From a virus: DNA of 64,000 nt. Below the pieces are notes generated by a model. The model saw only the letters and a program-made list of their open reading frames with translations, searched no databases and was not told the origin of the DNA. How positions within the stretch are numbered: the stretch's first letter is position 1; every line of letters begins with the position of its first letter. Location of the stretch: the IMG/VR virus record IMGVR_UViG_3300028840_004447, one strand, 5' to 3'. Positions 55,388 to 64,000 of this stretch are shown in pieces. The position numbers and the translations under genes were made by a program.

Positions 55388-56193
55388 TTAGTTAGTAATC
55401 TCTACCCAGCCGACCATGTCGCACTGCCAGGCGGTGTCTGTTTCCATATCCCAGACAACGTCCCCGACCGACATGGACGTGTGCTTCAGGCCGAGGCCTT
55501 GGATCAGTTCGCGGGCCTCTCCCATCGGGCTCCAAACCTCTCCCTGCATCAGGCGGAACACGTCCCCATATTCTTCTGCCTGGATCTCTTTGACCTGACG
55601 GTGTGTCCGTTCTGACAGAACGTCCTCGCGGGTTAGGTTCTTGTCTAGCATGAAGGTCGGTTCTGTTCGGTAGTATACGGTGAATTCTTTCATTGTTACC
55701 TCCGTGGGGGATCTGAACAGATCCCCCGAGTTTGGGTTAGGCCAATTCTTCCAGGGCCGTCGCGATGGTTTCAATCAGGTACTCAGGAAGATCTGCATCA
55801 TCCAGAATATCCGCCCCTTCACATTCCTCTTTGAAATCCTGGAACCGTTCCATCAGGCGGCTTGTGATATACTCAGCCTTTATAATCTGAATCCCTCTCT
55901 TTACTGAACCGCAGTTTGAACTGTCATAATGTAGCATTTGAACCTCCTAATTTTGGGGAATGGTTATAAACTTCTGGCTATTTGAACTCCAAGCAATCTG
56001 GATTCCGTAATCTCTCAGCACGCCCTCAATCCCGGTTTCCACCCGACCCTTAAGAAAACTGATCCGATCAGCAACCCCTTTCCACTCACGGTCAGGAACT
56101 TCCCCGTTAGCAATTCGGTTGCACAGTTCTTCGTAGGTCTGTTGGAAATCGGTGAGCTGGCTGATCTCTTTTCTCATTTCTTTCATTTCGTTT
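55388..56193 (-). other. Cassette of three small hypothetical genes (within ORFs 55388-55774, 55737-55937, 55947-56252)
   Basis: GGAGGT / GGGAG RBS before internal ATGs, downstream of the promoter at 56235. Confidence 0.45.
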
Positions 56194-56234
56194 TTGGTCA
56201 TTTTGTTTTCTCCCTGTTTGATTGTTGTAAGTAC

Positions 56235-56263
56235 ACTATACACCATCTGCAAATGTTTGTAAA
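56235..56263 (-). promoter_or_regulatory. sigma70-type early promoter repeat
   Basis: TTTACA-N17-TATAGT. Confidence 0.85.
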
Positions 56264-56294
56264 CCCCTTTTTTGCATTTTTTTGAAAAAAGTGC

Positions 56295-56327
56295 AAAAAA
56301 AATCGACCCCGGTTTCCCGAGGCCGAT
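56295..56327 (-). terminator. Intrinsic terminator ending the replication operon
   Basis: ATCGGCCTCGG-GAAA-CCGGGGTCGAT-TTTTTTT. Confidence 0.75.
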
Positions 56328-56379
56328 CAGTATTATATTATAGAATATAGTTCAATTTCGTGGATGGAGCCAGCCGAGG

Positions 56380-56598
56380 TTAGTCCTCCCAGTCTATCCG
56401 TCGCCAGACACTTCTGCTCTTTCTGAACCCGCGGCCAGTCTCAGTCTTATTCGGATTTCTCCTCTCGAAAGTATAGTACTTGTGACCACAGGCCAAGCAT
56501 TTGATTCGCCGACGGATCATAATTCGTTTTGTATTCTTGTGCTGTAGAACCCGGGTCTCGATTGTCTTTATATAGGTAGCGCATTTTGAACAGGGCAT
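56380..56598 (-). CDS. NrdR-like N-terminal zinc-ribbon protein (no ATP cone)
   Basis: CSKC...T.ETR......RRR.KC..CG.KY.TFER. Confidence 0.7.
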   Translation of the reverse strand: MPCSKCATYIKTIETRVLQHKNTKRIMIRRRIKCLACGHKYYTFERRNPNKTETGRGFRKSRSVWRRIDWED

Positions 56599-56608
56599 CC
56601 AGATCCTC

Positions 56609-57064
56609 CTAATAGCAGAGGTTCATGAATGGATGTTGCCCCTGTCGGTAATACTGCTCCTTAGTGATCCCGACTCCATACGGGATCAGGTATTGCAGAT
56701 TGCCGATCGTGTTCAGTTCGGGGATTGCTTCCACGGAATAGATCCGGAGGACCTCATCCTCAATCTGTTGGAAGTCATTCACCCGATCAGTGAAAGCATA
56801 ATACACGTGGCAGATAAATAGCCCGCTGTCATTATTGACACCGGACAAGCAAGCTGCATTCAGCCACGGGATATCATCCAGCCCCGTTTCCTCTTTGCAC
56901 TCCCGCTGGATTGCTTCCCAGCCTTCCTCACCATCTTCAATATGTCCACCGATCCCGTTCAGTTTCCCAGCCTGCCAGTCAGGCCGATTCTTCTTGACCA
57001 GAAGAACCCGAGATGCATCCTCGGTGAATATGAATCCAACTACATATTTTGACATCTCAGTCAT
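56609..57064 (-). CDS. Nudix hydrolase
   Basis: GIGGHIEDGE....AIQRECKEETGL Nudix box. Confidence 0.88.
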   Translation of the reverse strand: MTEMSKYVVGFIFTEDASRVLLVKKNRPDWQAGKLNGIGGHIEDGEEGWEAIQRECKEETGLDDIPWLNAACLSGVNNDSGLFICHVYYAFTDRVNDFQQIEDEVLRIYSVEAIPELNTIGNLQYLIPYGVGITKEQYYRQGQHPFMNLCY

Positions 57065-57522
57065 GTGCTTCCTCCCTTCTTAGGTTTCGGCGGATAATAC
57101 GGTTCCAGATCAGGTGGGATATCTTTGAAGACTGTTCCATACCTGACCGGGTTCTTAGCCACCAATTGACTTTGTTGAAATTTATGATACTGAGGATCAC
57201 CAACAAAATGCGGTTTCACTGCATACCCCATATGGGGCACGTACGGGATCTTCTGTTCGAACCCTCGCTCTTCCCACAAGGCCAAAGCTGTGTTGCAGTA
57301 GAATGTAAGTGAGCGAGAATACCCTTTCCATAAAAGGACGTCCGGGTGCTGAGCATATTTCTCCCAGAAGACCTTCTTCTGGATCGGCAAATGGTTCGTG
57401 AACTGAAACCCTGTCAACATCCCGACGATCGTGTAAGCATCTCGGCACTGCTTCCTCAGATCCTCATCGCTCAGGATCCGAAGAGAAGCCGTGTATGACT
57501 GGTATGGCAGATGGATATTCAT
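57061..57522 (-). CDS. Pyrimidine-dimer-glycosylase-like (DenV / MSMEG_6728-type) protein
   Basis: MNI.LPY.....S...L.D..L.KQ......I...HP...LW.GY...L..Y....L..WE.RG. Confidence 0.7.
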   Translation of the reverse strand: MNIHLPYQSYTASLRILSDEDLRKQCRDAYTIVGMLTGFQFTNHLPIQKKVFWEKYAQHPDVLLWKGYSRSLTFYCNTALALWEERGFEQKIPYVPHMGYAVKPHFVGDPQYHKFQQSQLVAKNPVRYGTVFKDIPPDLEPYYPPKPKKGGST

Positions 57523-58544
57523 CGCATTTCCCTCCAATCGTCTTCGGGGTAGTCCGGCGGATCTGGTTCATCATACTCAGGGTTGCTTACATCAGCATCA
57601 CAACAGCATGATATCTCGACCCACTGAACATCAACCCCGGGTGCGCCCCAATATTCATAGGATCCTATCCCCACGTCTTCCATATAGAATTCGCATTCCT
57701 CGCCGCATTCGTCACAGATCCCCGTGCCACTTCTAACTGGTTGCTGTGCCATGAGTAGTCTCCCAAAGTTTCCGCTCTGTTCTGTTCAGGAACTTCTGGT
57801 ACTTCCCGCAGGCCTTGCAATACAGTTCCTTGTGCGGTCCGTTATCCCGAACATCCAGATCAGAGCTTCCACAGTCTTTGCAGTTTGTGGGCAGCATTAG
57901 CCTTATCCTCCAATTAGGATTTCTTCTTAAGCCATCGGTCATATGACTTGGGCTCCTGTTTTGCTTTTGCCGGGTTCAGATACATGCTCAAAAGGATCGG
58001 TTCCCGTCGGACAGGGCACATAGCCCAGGATGTATATGGCTCGGCATGGACGACCTGAGGTCCTGATTTGAACTCTTTGAACTCAAGCGAATTGTGGTTT
58101 TTCCCGCAACGGGAGCAGTTCTTGATTCGGATCAGAACGACAGTTTGCTTGCCCTGTTTCTTAGTGCTGAGTACCTCGGCTGATGGTTTATTCGTCGGCA
58201 TCTGTCTCTCCAAAACGTTTGTTGAATTCATCAACAGCCTCGTTAGCATTTTTGGTCGCGGTCAGGTATCCGCTATCCGTACCGAGGGTCTTCAAAAAGC
58301 ATTCCATCCAAAGGGTTTCCTCTTTGTTGAAGATCTCCCCATCGCATTCACAGTCGTCCGGATCCGGATCCTCAAGGGACAGTTCCCCTGTATCAGCCAA
58401 CGGGTGAATGACCTCATCCAGAATTTGCTGGGATAAATCCATTAGCATCAGTTGGACCTTTGCATCGGCCTCCCGGATGTTGTGCTCGGACAGCGCGTGC
58501 TCTCCTAGTGAAATGATCATTCCTTGGATCTCTTTGTCTTCCAT
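57519..58544 (-). other. Four small hypothetical genes, several with CxxC pairs (57519-57752, ~57733-57900, 57914-58249, 58188-58544)
   Basis: Tightly packed ORFs on the operon strand. Confidence 0.45.
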
Positions 58545-58556
58545 TTCTTTCTCCTT

Positions 58557-60011
58557 TCAAAAGCGGTAGTATAAATCGGTTTGCGGTCTGATGATGAACA
58601 GGTTCTTTCGGGCCCGGGTTACTCCCACATAGAAGACCCGGTGTTCTGCGTCTGGATTCTGATCCATCCCCTCTTTGGTCCTGAACGAAATATCTGACAT
58701 GACTGCCACATTGTCAGCCTCTCCGCCCTTTACCCCGTGGATAGTATCGATATGAATGTTCGGCTGTCGAGCGAGGTTTCCCCCGTTCCTGAGGATGGCC
58801 TGATAATATGCCCGGCGTCCTGGCGGCATCTTAACCAGCGCGTCGAACCATGGGCGGTTCAGATGAAGGCCCACGTCCGTGTGGCTGATCTGATCCTTGT
58901 CGGGTAATGGTAACTTATGGCCAAGGGCTTTGCACATCGTCTGCGCGTCCTCAGCAAGCACCTGCTTGCCCTTCCGCAGTCTTTCATAGGTATATATGGC
59001 CACTCTGTCTTTCGGGTCTACAGATCCGCCCGACTTAGTTGTGTACGGATATCCTTGAAGTCGAACCTCGTCAATATATGTGTCAAGCAGGTATCTGTTC
59101 CGAGCCAGAAGCAGCCAAGACTCATCATTGAACTGTAACAGATCCGGAAAGGAAACCAGCTCCACGTGGCCTGCTTCCTCTTTCGGTCTGAAGACCTTAG
59201 TATACCGGGAAACGATTTTGCTTGAGACGGACTGGCCGACCTGATGAATTGTTTTGGGGATTCTGTGCGACTGTGCAAGGATCTGTTTGGATCCTTGGAT
59301 GGACAGGAAGGAATCTACGTCCGCCCCTGACCACTGATATATAGCCTGATCATCATCCCCCGCAATATAGATCCGCTGGCAGTTCCGAAAAGCAATCCGG
59401 ACCATTTCCCACTGTAGCTTTGACAGGTCTTGGGCCTCATCAATGATGGCCACATCCACGGGGATCGGGTCACGATCCAGAACAAACTGCTCAATCATAT
59501 CAGTGAAATCGATCAGGGCAAACTTCTGTTTGTATTCCTCAAAGGTATCATTGAAATATTTGAGCTGCATCCAGTCCAGATCTCGGCCGATCAGTCGCCA
59601 GGTTTCTTCTAACGACTTGCGGATGTTCCGTGCGTATCCGCAGACAAAGTTGAGGGTATCCCCGAGAAGCGAACTGTAAGGATCATCCTCATTCACAAAT
59701 CCCCTGAACGGGAATCCTGTCAAGTTGGCGATCTCCTTATAATGCTCCCGCTGGATAACCCGATCGGATGAAGCACCTGTCCATTTGAAAGCGATACTGT
59801 GCAGGGTTCTGAACCACGGCAGTTCTCTCTGGCTATAGCCAAACTGCTCCATGATCCGATCCCGGCCTTCATACGCGCCCTTCTTGGTAAAGGACACAAA
59901 AGCAATTCTGTCGACAGGGGTTCCGCCTTGGATTTCTTCTTCAAGGACTTCTAATAAGGTGGTTGTTTTCCCGGTTCCTGGCGGACCGAGGATGAGCTTA
60001 TTTTCTGGCAT
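58557..60011 (-). CDS. Superfamily 1 (UvrD/Rep-like) DNA helicase
   Basis: GPPGTGKTT, SFT.K, IIDEAQD, AGDDDQAIY.W.GA, QS.R.P, LARN, T.HG.KG.EA, YV..TRA. Confidence 0.93.
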   Translation of the reverse strand: MPENKLILGPPGTGKTTTLLEVLEEEIQGGTPVDRIAFVSFTKKGAYEGRDRIMEQFGYSQRELPWFRTLHSIAFKWTGASSDRVIQREHYKEIANLTGFPFRGFVNEDDPYSSLLGDTLNFVCGYARNIRKSLEETWRLIGRDLDWMQLKYFNDTFEEYKQKFALIDFTDMIEQFVLDRDPIPVDVAIIDEAQDLSKLQWEMVRIAFRNCQRIYIAGDDDQAIYQWSGADVDSFLSIQGSKQILAQSHRIPKTIHQVGQSVSSKIVSRYTKVFRPKEEAGHVELVSFPDLLQFNDESWLLLARNRYLLDTYIDEVRLQGYPYTTKSGGSVDPKDRVAIYTYERLRKGKQVLAEDAQTMCKALGHKLPLPDKDQISHTDVGLHLNRPWFDALVKMPPGRRAYYQAILRNGGNLARQPNIHIDTIHGVKGGEADNVAVMSDISFRTKEGMDQNPDAEHRVFYVGVTRARKNLFIIRPQTDLYYRF

Positions 60012-60028
60012 ATCTTCCTCCGAGAAGA

Positions 60029-60568
60029 TTAGTCAGGTAGTTTTGTTGTTTCATCAGGCCTCAGGTCTCTGTGCCTGTATGCCCAATATCTACCAAATTT
60101 ACGAACGGATGTAAACCATAAAGTTCGAGTTTCTGTGCTGATCCCTTCTTTCTTGTGTCTGATATGGGCATGCCCCATATATTCTTTGATCTCTCCTGAC
60201 AGCATAACCCGCGGCAGATACAGCCAGGGAGGTTCAATCCACATGCTCATCTTATCAGCCACGCACAGTCGGGAGAATCCGACCCCGTGCCGCTTAGCAA
60301 GGAAGCGACTGTGATACAGGCAGAACTCGTGCCACTTCTGTCCGAACCAATACCCCATCTTCTCAGCGGCCCACCATGGGTGCAGTTCCCCTTCTTCACC
60401 GTCCATGTTCGGGCATTCCCAATATCCCCAGTCGTGAATTACAAATGCAATCCAGAGCCGCGGGTCTGAAGGAAACCCGTACAATTTCCACCAAGCAAAG
60501 AAGACACAGATGGGGTGAATGATGAACTGATGTGCTCCAAATAGAATACTCTTCGTTCCGAGTTTCAT
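60029..60568 (-). CDS. HD-domain-like metal-dependent phosphohydrolase
   Basis: H...H, VIHDWGY, E.HP, YHS, ADK spacing of HD-fold ligands. Confidence 0.6.
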   Translation of the reverse strand: MKLGTKSILFGAHQFIIHPICVFFAWWKLYGFPSDPRLWIAFVIHDWGYWECPNMDGEEGELHPWWAAEKMGYWFGQKWHEFCLYHSRFLAKRHGVGFSRLCVADKMSMWIEPPWLYLPRVMLSGEIKEYMGHAHIRHKKEGISTETRTLWFTSVRKFGRYWAYRHRDLRPDETTKLPD

Positions 60569-60816
60569 ATCAACCCCTTTTCTTCAGCCAGCCACCGGGG
60601 AACTTCAATCGAATAGACAGCTCCCGGAATGAAATCATCTCGGTCATGCTCCTTTATTTGAGAATAAGGAATCCAGATCTCATCCCCCGTGTCAAAGATC
60701 GGATCCTCTTCCGCGACCTTCAGAGCATTCCGCCCGACCAGTTCAACCTCAATTCCTACATCCACCCATTCTTCCGATTCTGGATCTCTGTCCATGAATT
60801 CATCTACTCGTTTCAT
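60565..60816 (-). CDS. Small acidic hypothetical protein
   Basis: Probable start 60816, just past the primase stop. Confidence 0.45.
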   Translation of the reverse strand: MKRVDEFMDRDPESEEWVDVGIEVELVGRNALKVAEEDPIFDTGDEIWIPYSQIKEHDRDDFIPGAVYSIEVPRWLAEEKGLI

Positions 60817-60817
60817 T

Positions 60818-62338
60818 TCAAAATGGCTCCTCTTCCGGCCCATCAGGCCCGAATGGTTCTTCGATTTCTGGCAGGTCAAACTCTTCCACTTGCTTCTCGA
60901 ACTCAGGCACCCACCAAGTACGGATTTGCTTGCCTTTGACTTTCATTGGTTTGGTTTTGCCACCAATTGACGAGATTGCTTCATATATCTGGTTGGTACT
61001 GTATGCAGCAAACTTCTTGCTGCTAAGGTATTTGATCAGATCAGACGACAGGAAATAGGTCTTCTTTTCCTCGGCATTTGTCCACGGTCTCCCCCTCAGC
61101 AATCCGTCTCGCTGATCATCCACACCGGACGTGCAGAAAGTCTGCAAATGAAATAAGAACTGTCCTCGAGGTCCTGCATCTACCGGGGCATCAATGATCT
61201 CACACTTGTCCAGTTTCTCACCTAACAGACGATCCCAAGTATCAGCCTTCATGCGCGGCGGAATCTTCTTCACTCGTTCCATGCACACTCTGCGAAATCT
61301 GTTCTGGTCCATCAGGTCGGACGTGTCAAATTGAATGAGCGTGGATTCAACGCTCATATACCATATAGGGGGATCTGTCTCCAGACATTTCAAAATCCCC
61401 ATCTTCAACCGAGGCGTGGATTCTGATTGCCCTATTCCAAAGGGCTGAGTCATGCAGCGGTCCCGGTTGCAAAATTCCTTAATTGGTGGCTTATTGCACG
61501 TGTAGAAGTAGGTCTTCTTTTTGTGGGGTTTCATCACTTTGACCAAGGTTGAAGACTTGGCCGGCGGGTCAACATACGTTCTGTTTATCTCTTCTAAGTG
61601 CCCTTCCCAATCCTCCGGATATTTGAGCTTGCAGTAAACAGCAAAGTTGAAAAGGCTTGCATCTTTTTCCCCTGACTGAACCCCACGTGTGGCTAAGTAC
61701 TGCAAGCACGGCGGAGCATCAGACAGGGCCTCTACAAGTTTAGGTTCTATCTCCTCTAACTGTTCTTCCGTGACTGATAATTCCCCAGCATACTCAAGGA
61801 ACTCCTCCAATTCAAGCAGTGGCTCGCCATCCTTATAAGCATAGCGGGTCGTATGTTCAGCCTCGAAATATGGAAGGTTGATCCAGTTCCCTATCTCATC
61901 ATCGTCATTGATCTCAGTTTGTTTGGGGAATATCTCGGCATCGGGGTGACCGAGTGAGGCTGCATATTCGAACAGTTTGTTCCGAAGGATTATTGCAGAA
62001 ATCGGTTCATTGAGGAAGATGTACAGGTGTGCTCCGCCCGACTTACTCCGACACAGAACAAGGGGCAACTCCATGCTCACGAGCTGCCTGCTCAATGTCT
62101 CAAGGGGCAATTTGTAATCATCTACATCTATCGCGCCCCAGAAGCACGTGCCATCCGGTCTGATCGGAATAATGCCGAGACCTACCTTACCTTCGAGATG
62201 CTCTTGCCAGTGTTGGTCGGTCAGGGGCTCGACCTTGGTATAGGCTCGCCCCTGGACCTTTTGCTGAGCAGTCTTCTCAATAAGGTAGATCCCGAACGCA
62301 TCATCCCGACCCTGAAATAACTCAGGAAAGGATTTCAT
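60818..62338 (-). CDS. Archaeo-eukaryotic-type primase-polymerase with PriCT-like region
   Basis: W..HL.G..GLGIIPI, WGAIDVD.Y, RSKSGGAH.Y.F, GN.INLPY, PPC. Confidence 0.85.
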   Translation of the reverse strand: MKSFPELFQGRDDAFGIYLIEKTAQQKVQGRAYTKVEPLTDQHWQEHLEGKVGLGIIPIRPDGTCFWGAIDVDDYKLPLETLSRQLVSMELPLVLCRSKSGGAHLYIFLNEPISAIILRNKLFEYAASLGHPDAEIFPKQTEINDDDEIGNWINLPYFEAEHTTRYAYKDGEPLLELEEFLEYAGELSVTEEQLEEIEPKLVEALSDAPPCLQYLATRGVQSGEKDASLFNFAVYCKLKYPEDWEGHLEEINRTYVDPPAKSSTLVKVMKPHKKKTYFYTCNKPPIKEFCNRDRCMTQPFGIGQSESTPRLKMGILKCLETDPPIWYMSVESTLIQFDTSDLMDQNRFRRVCMERVKKIPPRMKADTWDRLLGEKLDKCEIIDAPVDAGPRGQFLFHLQTFCTSGVDDQRDGLLRGRPWTNAEEKKTYFLSSDLIKYLSSKKFAAYSTNQIYEAISSIGGKTKPMKVKGKQIRTWWVPEFEKQVEEFDLPEIEEPFGPDGPEEEPF

Positions 62339-62347
62339 GGGAAGTCA

Positions 62348-63169
62348 CTAAAACGGAGGTTCGCTGTCGGGAGCATCATCATCGCCTTCGACTCCCTGTG
62401 CTCCATCAGCGGCCGCATAATCAACTTTAGCAACCCCACTGGCCAGAAGATCCCGAGCAGCCTTAACGGCCTCGAATTCCTCTGCATTGATCAGACGAGA
62501 GAACTCATACTTGCCGGCTGACTTGGAGCCGATCTGGTACCAGTTGCCCTCATCCCCTTCGTTCAGAACCGTGGACAGTTCCCAGACTCCCAGGAAGATA
62601 GGATTGTTGACTTTCTTGGTGACAGGGTTCACCAGCCGGCGCATCATCGACATCCACCGTTTGGAATGCCTGATCCCCGTGGATACGAGGGAGAAGATCA
62701 TCGGACCCTCTTCCAGCCGGTCGGGAAGCAGAATGAAGTGGTTGCGGGATTCCTGGAGGACATTCCCGTTGTCCATGATCTGCTCATTCTTCTCGGAGAC
62801 TTCCACGATTCGCTGTCGGATCCGCTCATCATCCCCGTGGGACATAACAAATCCGCCGCGATCAGGACGCCATTCGATGAAATCCCGGCCGAAGTGGCAG
62901 TTGATAACCTGAACGGTCTTGCCGTACACGTCACCGGTTAGTGTGTTGAAGAAGTGGCCAGCCTTGGCACCATCCAGATATGCGTCGGATTCTTCCAAGA
63001 GCTGCGGGCTGTTCTGCTGAAGGATCCGCAGAAACGGGACGGCAAAGGAATCTTGAGTTGCGTCCTCATATCCGTCCTGGCCATATCCTTCCATCTGGGC
63101 AACCAGTTCCTGAGCTGCTTTGGTCGCCAAGTCTTTGCCTGCTTGGGCATTTGCTTTCTTCTTTGCCAT
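62348..63169 (-). CDS. Single-stranded DNA-binding / annealing-like protein
   Basis: P.LRILQ.NSPQ, FIEWR...GGFV, acidic C-tail ending in F. Replication synteny. Confidence 0.6.
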   Translation of the reverse strand: MAKKKANAQAGKDLATKAAQELVAQMEGYGQDGYEDATQDSFAVPFLRILQQNSPQLLEESDAYLDGAKAGHFFNTLTGDVYGKTVQVINCHFGRDFIEWRPDRGGFVMSHGDDERIRQRIVEVSEKNEQIMDNGNVLQESRNHFILLPDRLEEGPMIFSLVSTGIRHSKRWMSMMRRLVNPVTKKVNNPIFLGVWELSTVLNEGDEGNWYQIGSKSAGKYEFSRLINAEEFEAVKAARDLLASGVAKVDYAAADGAQGVEGDDDAPDSEPPF

Positions 63170-63182
63170 GATAACTTCCTCC

Positions 63183-63827
63183 TTATTTGATCTTGGTGTA
63201 TTTGTATTCAAAAACAGAAACCGAATCCGGGTATTGCTTGCCCTTCTCCTTGAATTCGCCCATGAGCTTCTTCAAGGTTTGTGCGTGCACATCCTCCTTT
63301 TCCTTTAGGGTACACTTATCGCGATCTGCGTAGTACCGGTTAACATATTTGACGAACCGCTTGGACGACTTTCGGCCTTCCATGGGGAATAGGACCACGA
63401 CCTGATTCTTAATCGCGTCCTGGTACCCTGCCCGGATCAGAGCTTCTTTCAGGGCCTCCTTATCTTTGACCGTGACGGACAGTCCATCCTTCACTTCAAT
63501 CGATCCGCCGCTCTTCAGCGTAAACGATGAAAAACCGAGTTCCTCCATCTTCTCAGGAAGCTCGGTCATTCTAACCTGTTGGTAGACCTGGTTGACCTTG
63601 GTTTGTACCGCGCTGATTGTTGCCAGGGATACCCCGCGTTCGATCAGGGATTTGAAAAGCGACGCGACGATTTTCTCATCTGGTCCTGCTTCAAAAACCT
63701 TCTGTCGTTCTGCGAGGGCTGACAAACCTTCAAGGTCGGCCTCGGTGACAGACTTCTTGGCCTCTTCATCCATATCGGCGAAGATGTCCTGATCTGTCTT
63801 TGTGTCAGCTTTTTTCTTTTTTGCCAT
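63183..63827 (-). CDS. Conserved phage replication-module protein of unknown function
   Basis: LPE.M.E.G...FTL..G..I.V, IKN.V...F pattern, adjacent to the SSB-like gene. Confidence 0.55.
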   Translation of the reverse strand: MAKKKKADTKTDQDIFADMDEEAKKSVTEADLEGLSALAERQKVFEAGPDEKIVASLFKSLIERGVSLATISAVQTKVNQVYQQVRMTELPEKMEELGFSSFTLKSGGSIEVKDGLSVTVKDKEALKEALIRAGYQDAIKNQVVVLFPMEGRKSSKRFVKYVNRYYADRDKCTLKEKEDVHAQTLKKLMGEFKEKGKQYPDSVSVFEYKYTKIK

Positions 63828-63970
63828 GTTACCTCCGTGTAGTTTAAGGTTTGCTACCCGGCTATCACCAACCGGGTAGCTCCGTTGGATCTGCGTTGGG
63901 TTTAATCAGCTAATCATAGTGACCACCTCCTTCACAAATCGTTGTTCGGTCGTTCTTAAAAACTGAACGC

Positions 63971-63999
63971 AGTATAACACAAATAAATTTATCTGTAAA
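63971..63999 (-). promoter_or_regulatory. sigma70-type promoter
   Basis: TTTACA-N17-TATACT. Confidence 0.75.
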
Positions 64000-64000
64000 C

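Noticed and set aside
44415-56300. Promoter repeats as a CRISPR array, IS ends or att sites
   Set aside because: Spacing is irregular with whole genes between copies, they match sigma70 geometry exactly, and no cas, transposase or integrase gene is seen.
1-64000. Genome-wide stop-codon reassignment
   Set aside because: Genes end cleanly at TGA, TAG and TAA, often with ATGA/TAATG overlaps. Only one suspicious in-frame TGA was found.
1-64000. Calling the phage temperate or a prophage
   Set aside because: No integrase, recognisable repressor or host flanks are visible and the genome is incomplete here, so lifestyle cannot be decided.

Overview
This window is most of the genome of a tailed dsDNA bacteriophage with a siphovirus-type layout. 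It reads as standard genetic code 11. No integrase, terminase, portal, rRNA, tRNA or CRISPR array is visible in the window. Positions 1-34.2 kb (+ strand) form a late/virion arm: head morphogenesis, HK97 protease and major capsid, neck, tail tube, frameshifted tail chaperone, tape measure, large repeat-rich tail/adhesin proteins and lysis genes. Positions 34.5-64 kb (- strand) form a replication/early arm: family A polymerase, a nucleotide/DNA-modification cluster, an array of promoter-led small-gene cassettes, UvrD helicase, AEP primase and an SSB-like gene. Main observations: (1) A cytosine hypermodification locus. A thymidylate-synthase homolog has the dCMP-type Asp, beside a dNMP kinase, NTP pyrophosphatase and dCMP deaminase. 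A divergent C5-methyltransferase carries Lys in motif X (the substitution known to confer carboxymethyltransferase activity) and is co-transcribed with a complete asparagine-synthetase-like amidotransferase and an amino-methyltransferase. (2) About a dozen genes, including capsid-adjacent and tail-fibre-like ones, carry Sec/lipoprotein signal peptides, and a GT4-GT2-TPR glycosyltransferase sits inside the tail operon. (3) A strongly over-represented motif, A-N-CCCACAATT-R-R-C, occurs at least 13 times, and three paralogous winged-helix-like proteins are candidate binders. (4) There are twelve co-oriented sigma70 promoters, two sigma54-like promoters, and an in-frame TGA followed by a SECIS-like hairpin in the lysis region. 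Family assignments are from motif recognition by eye, not database searches.
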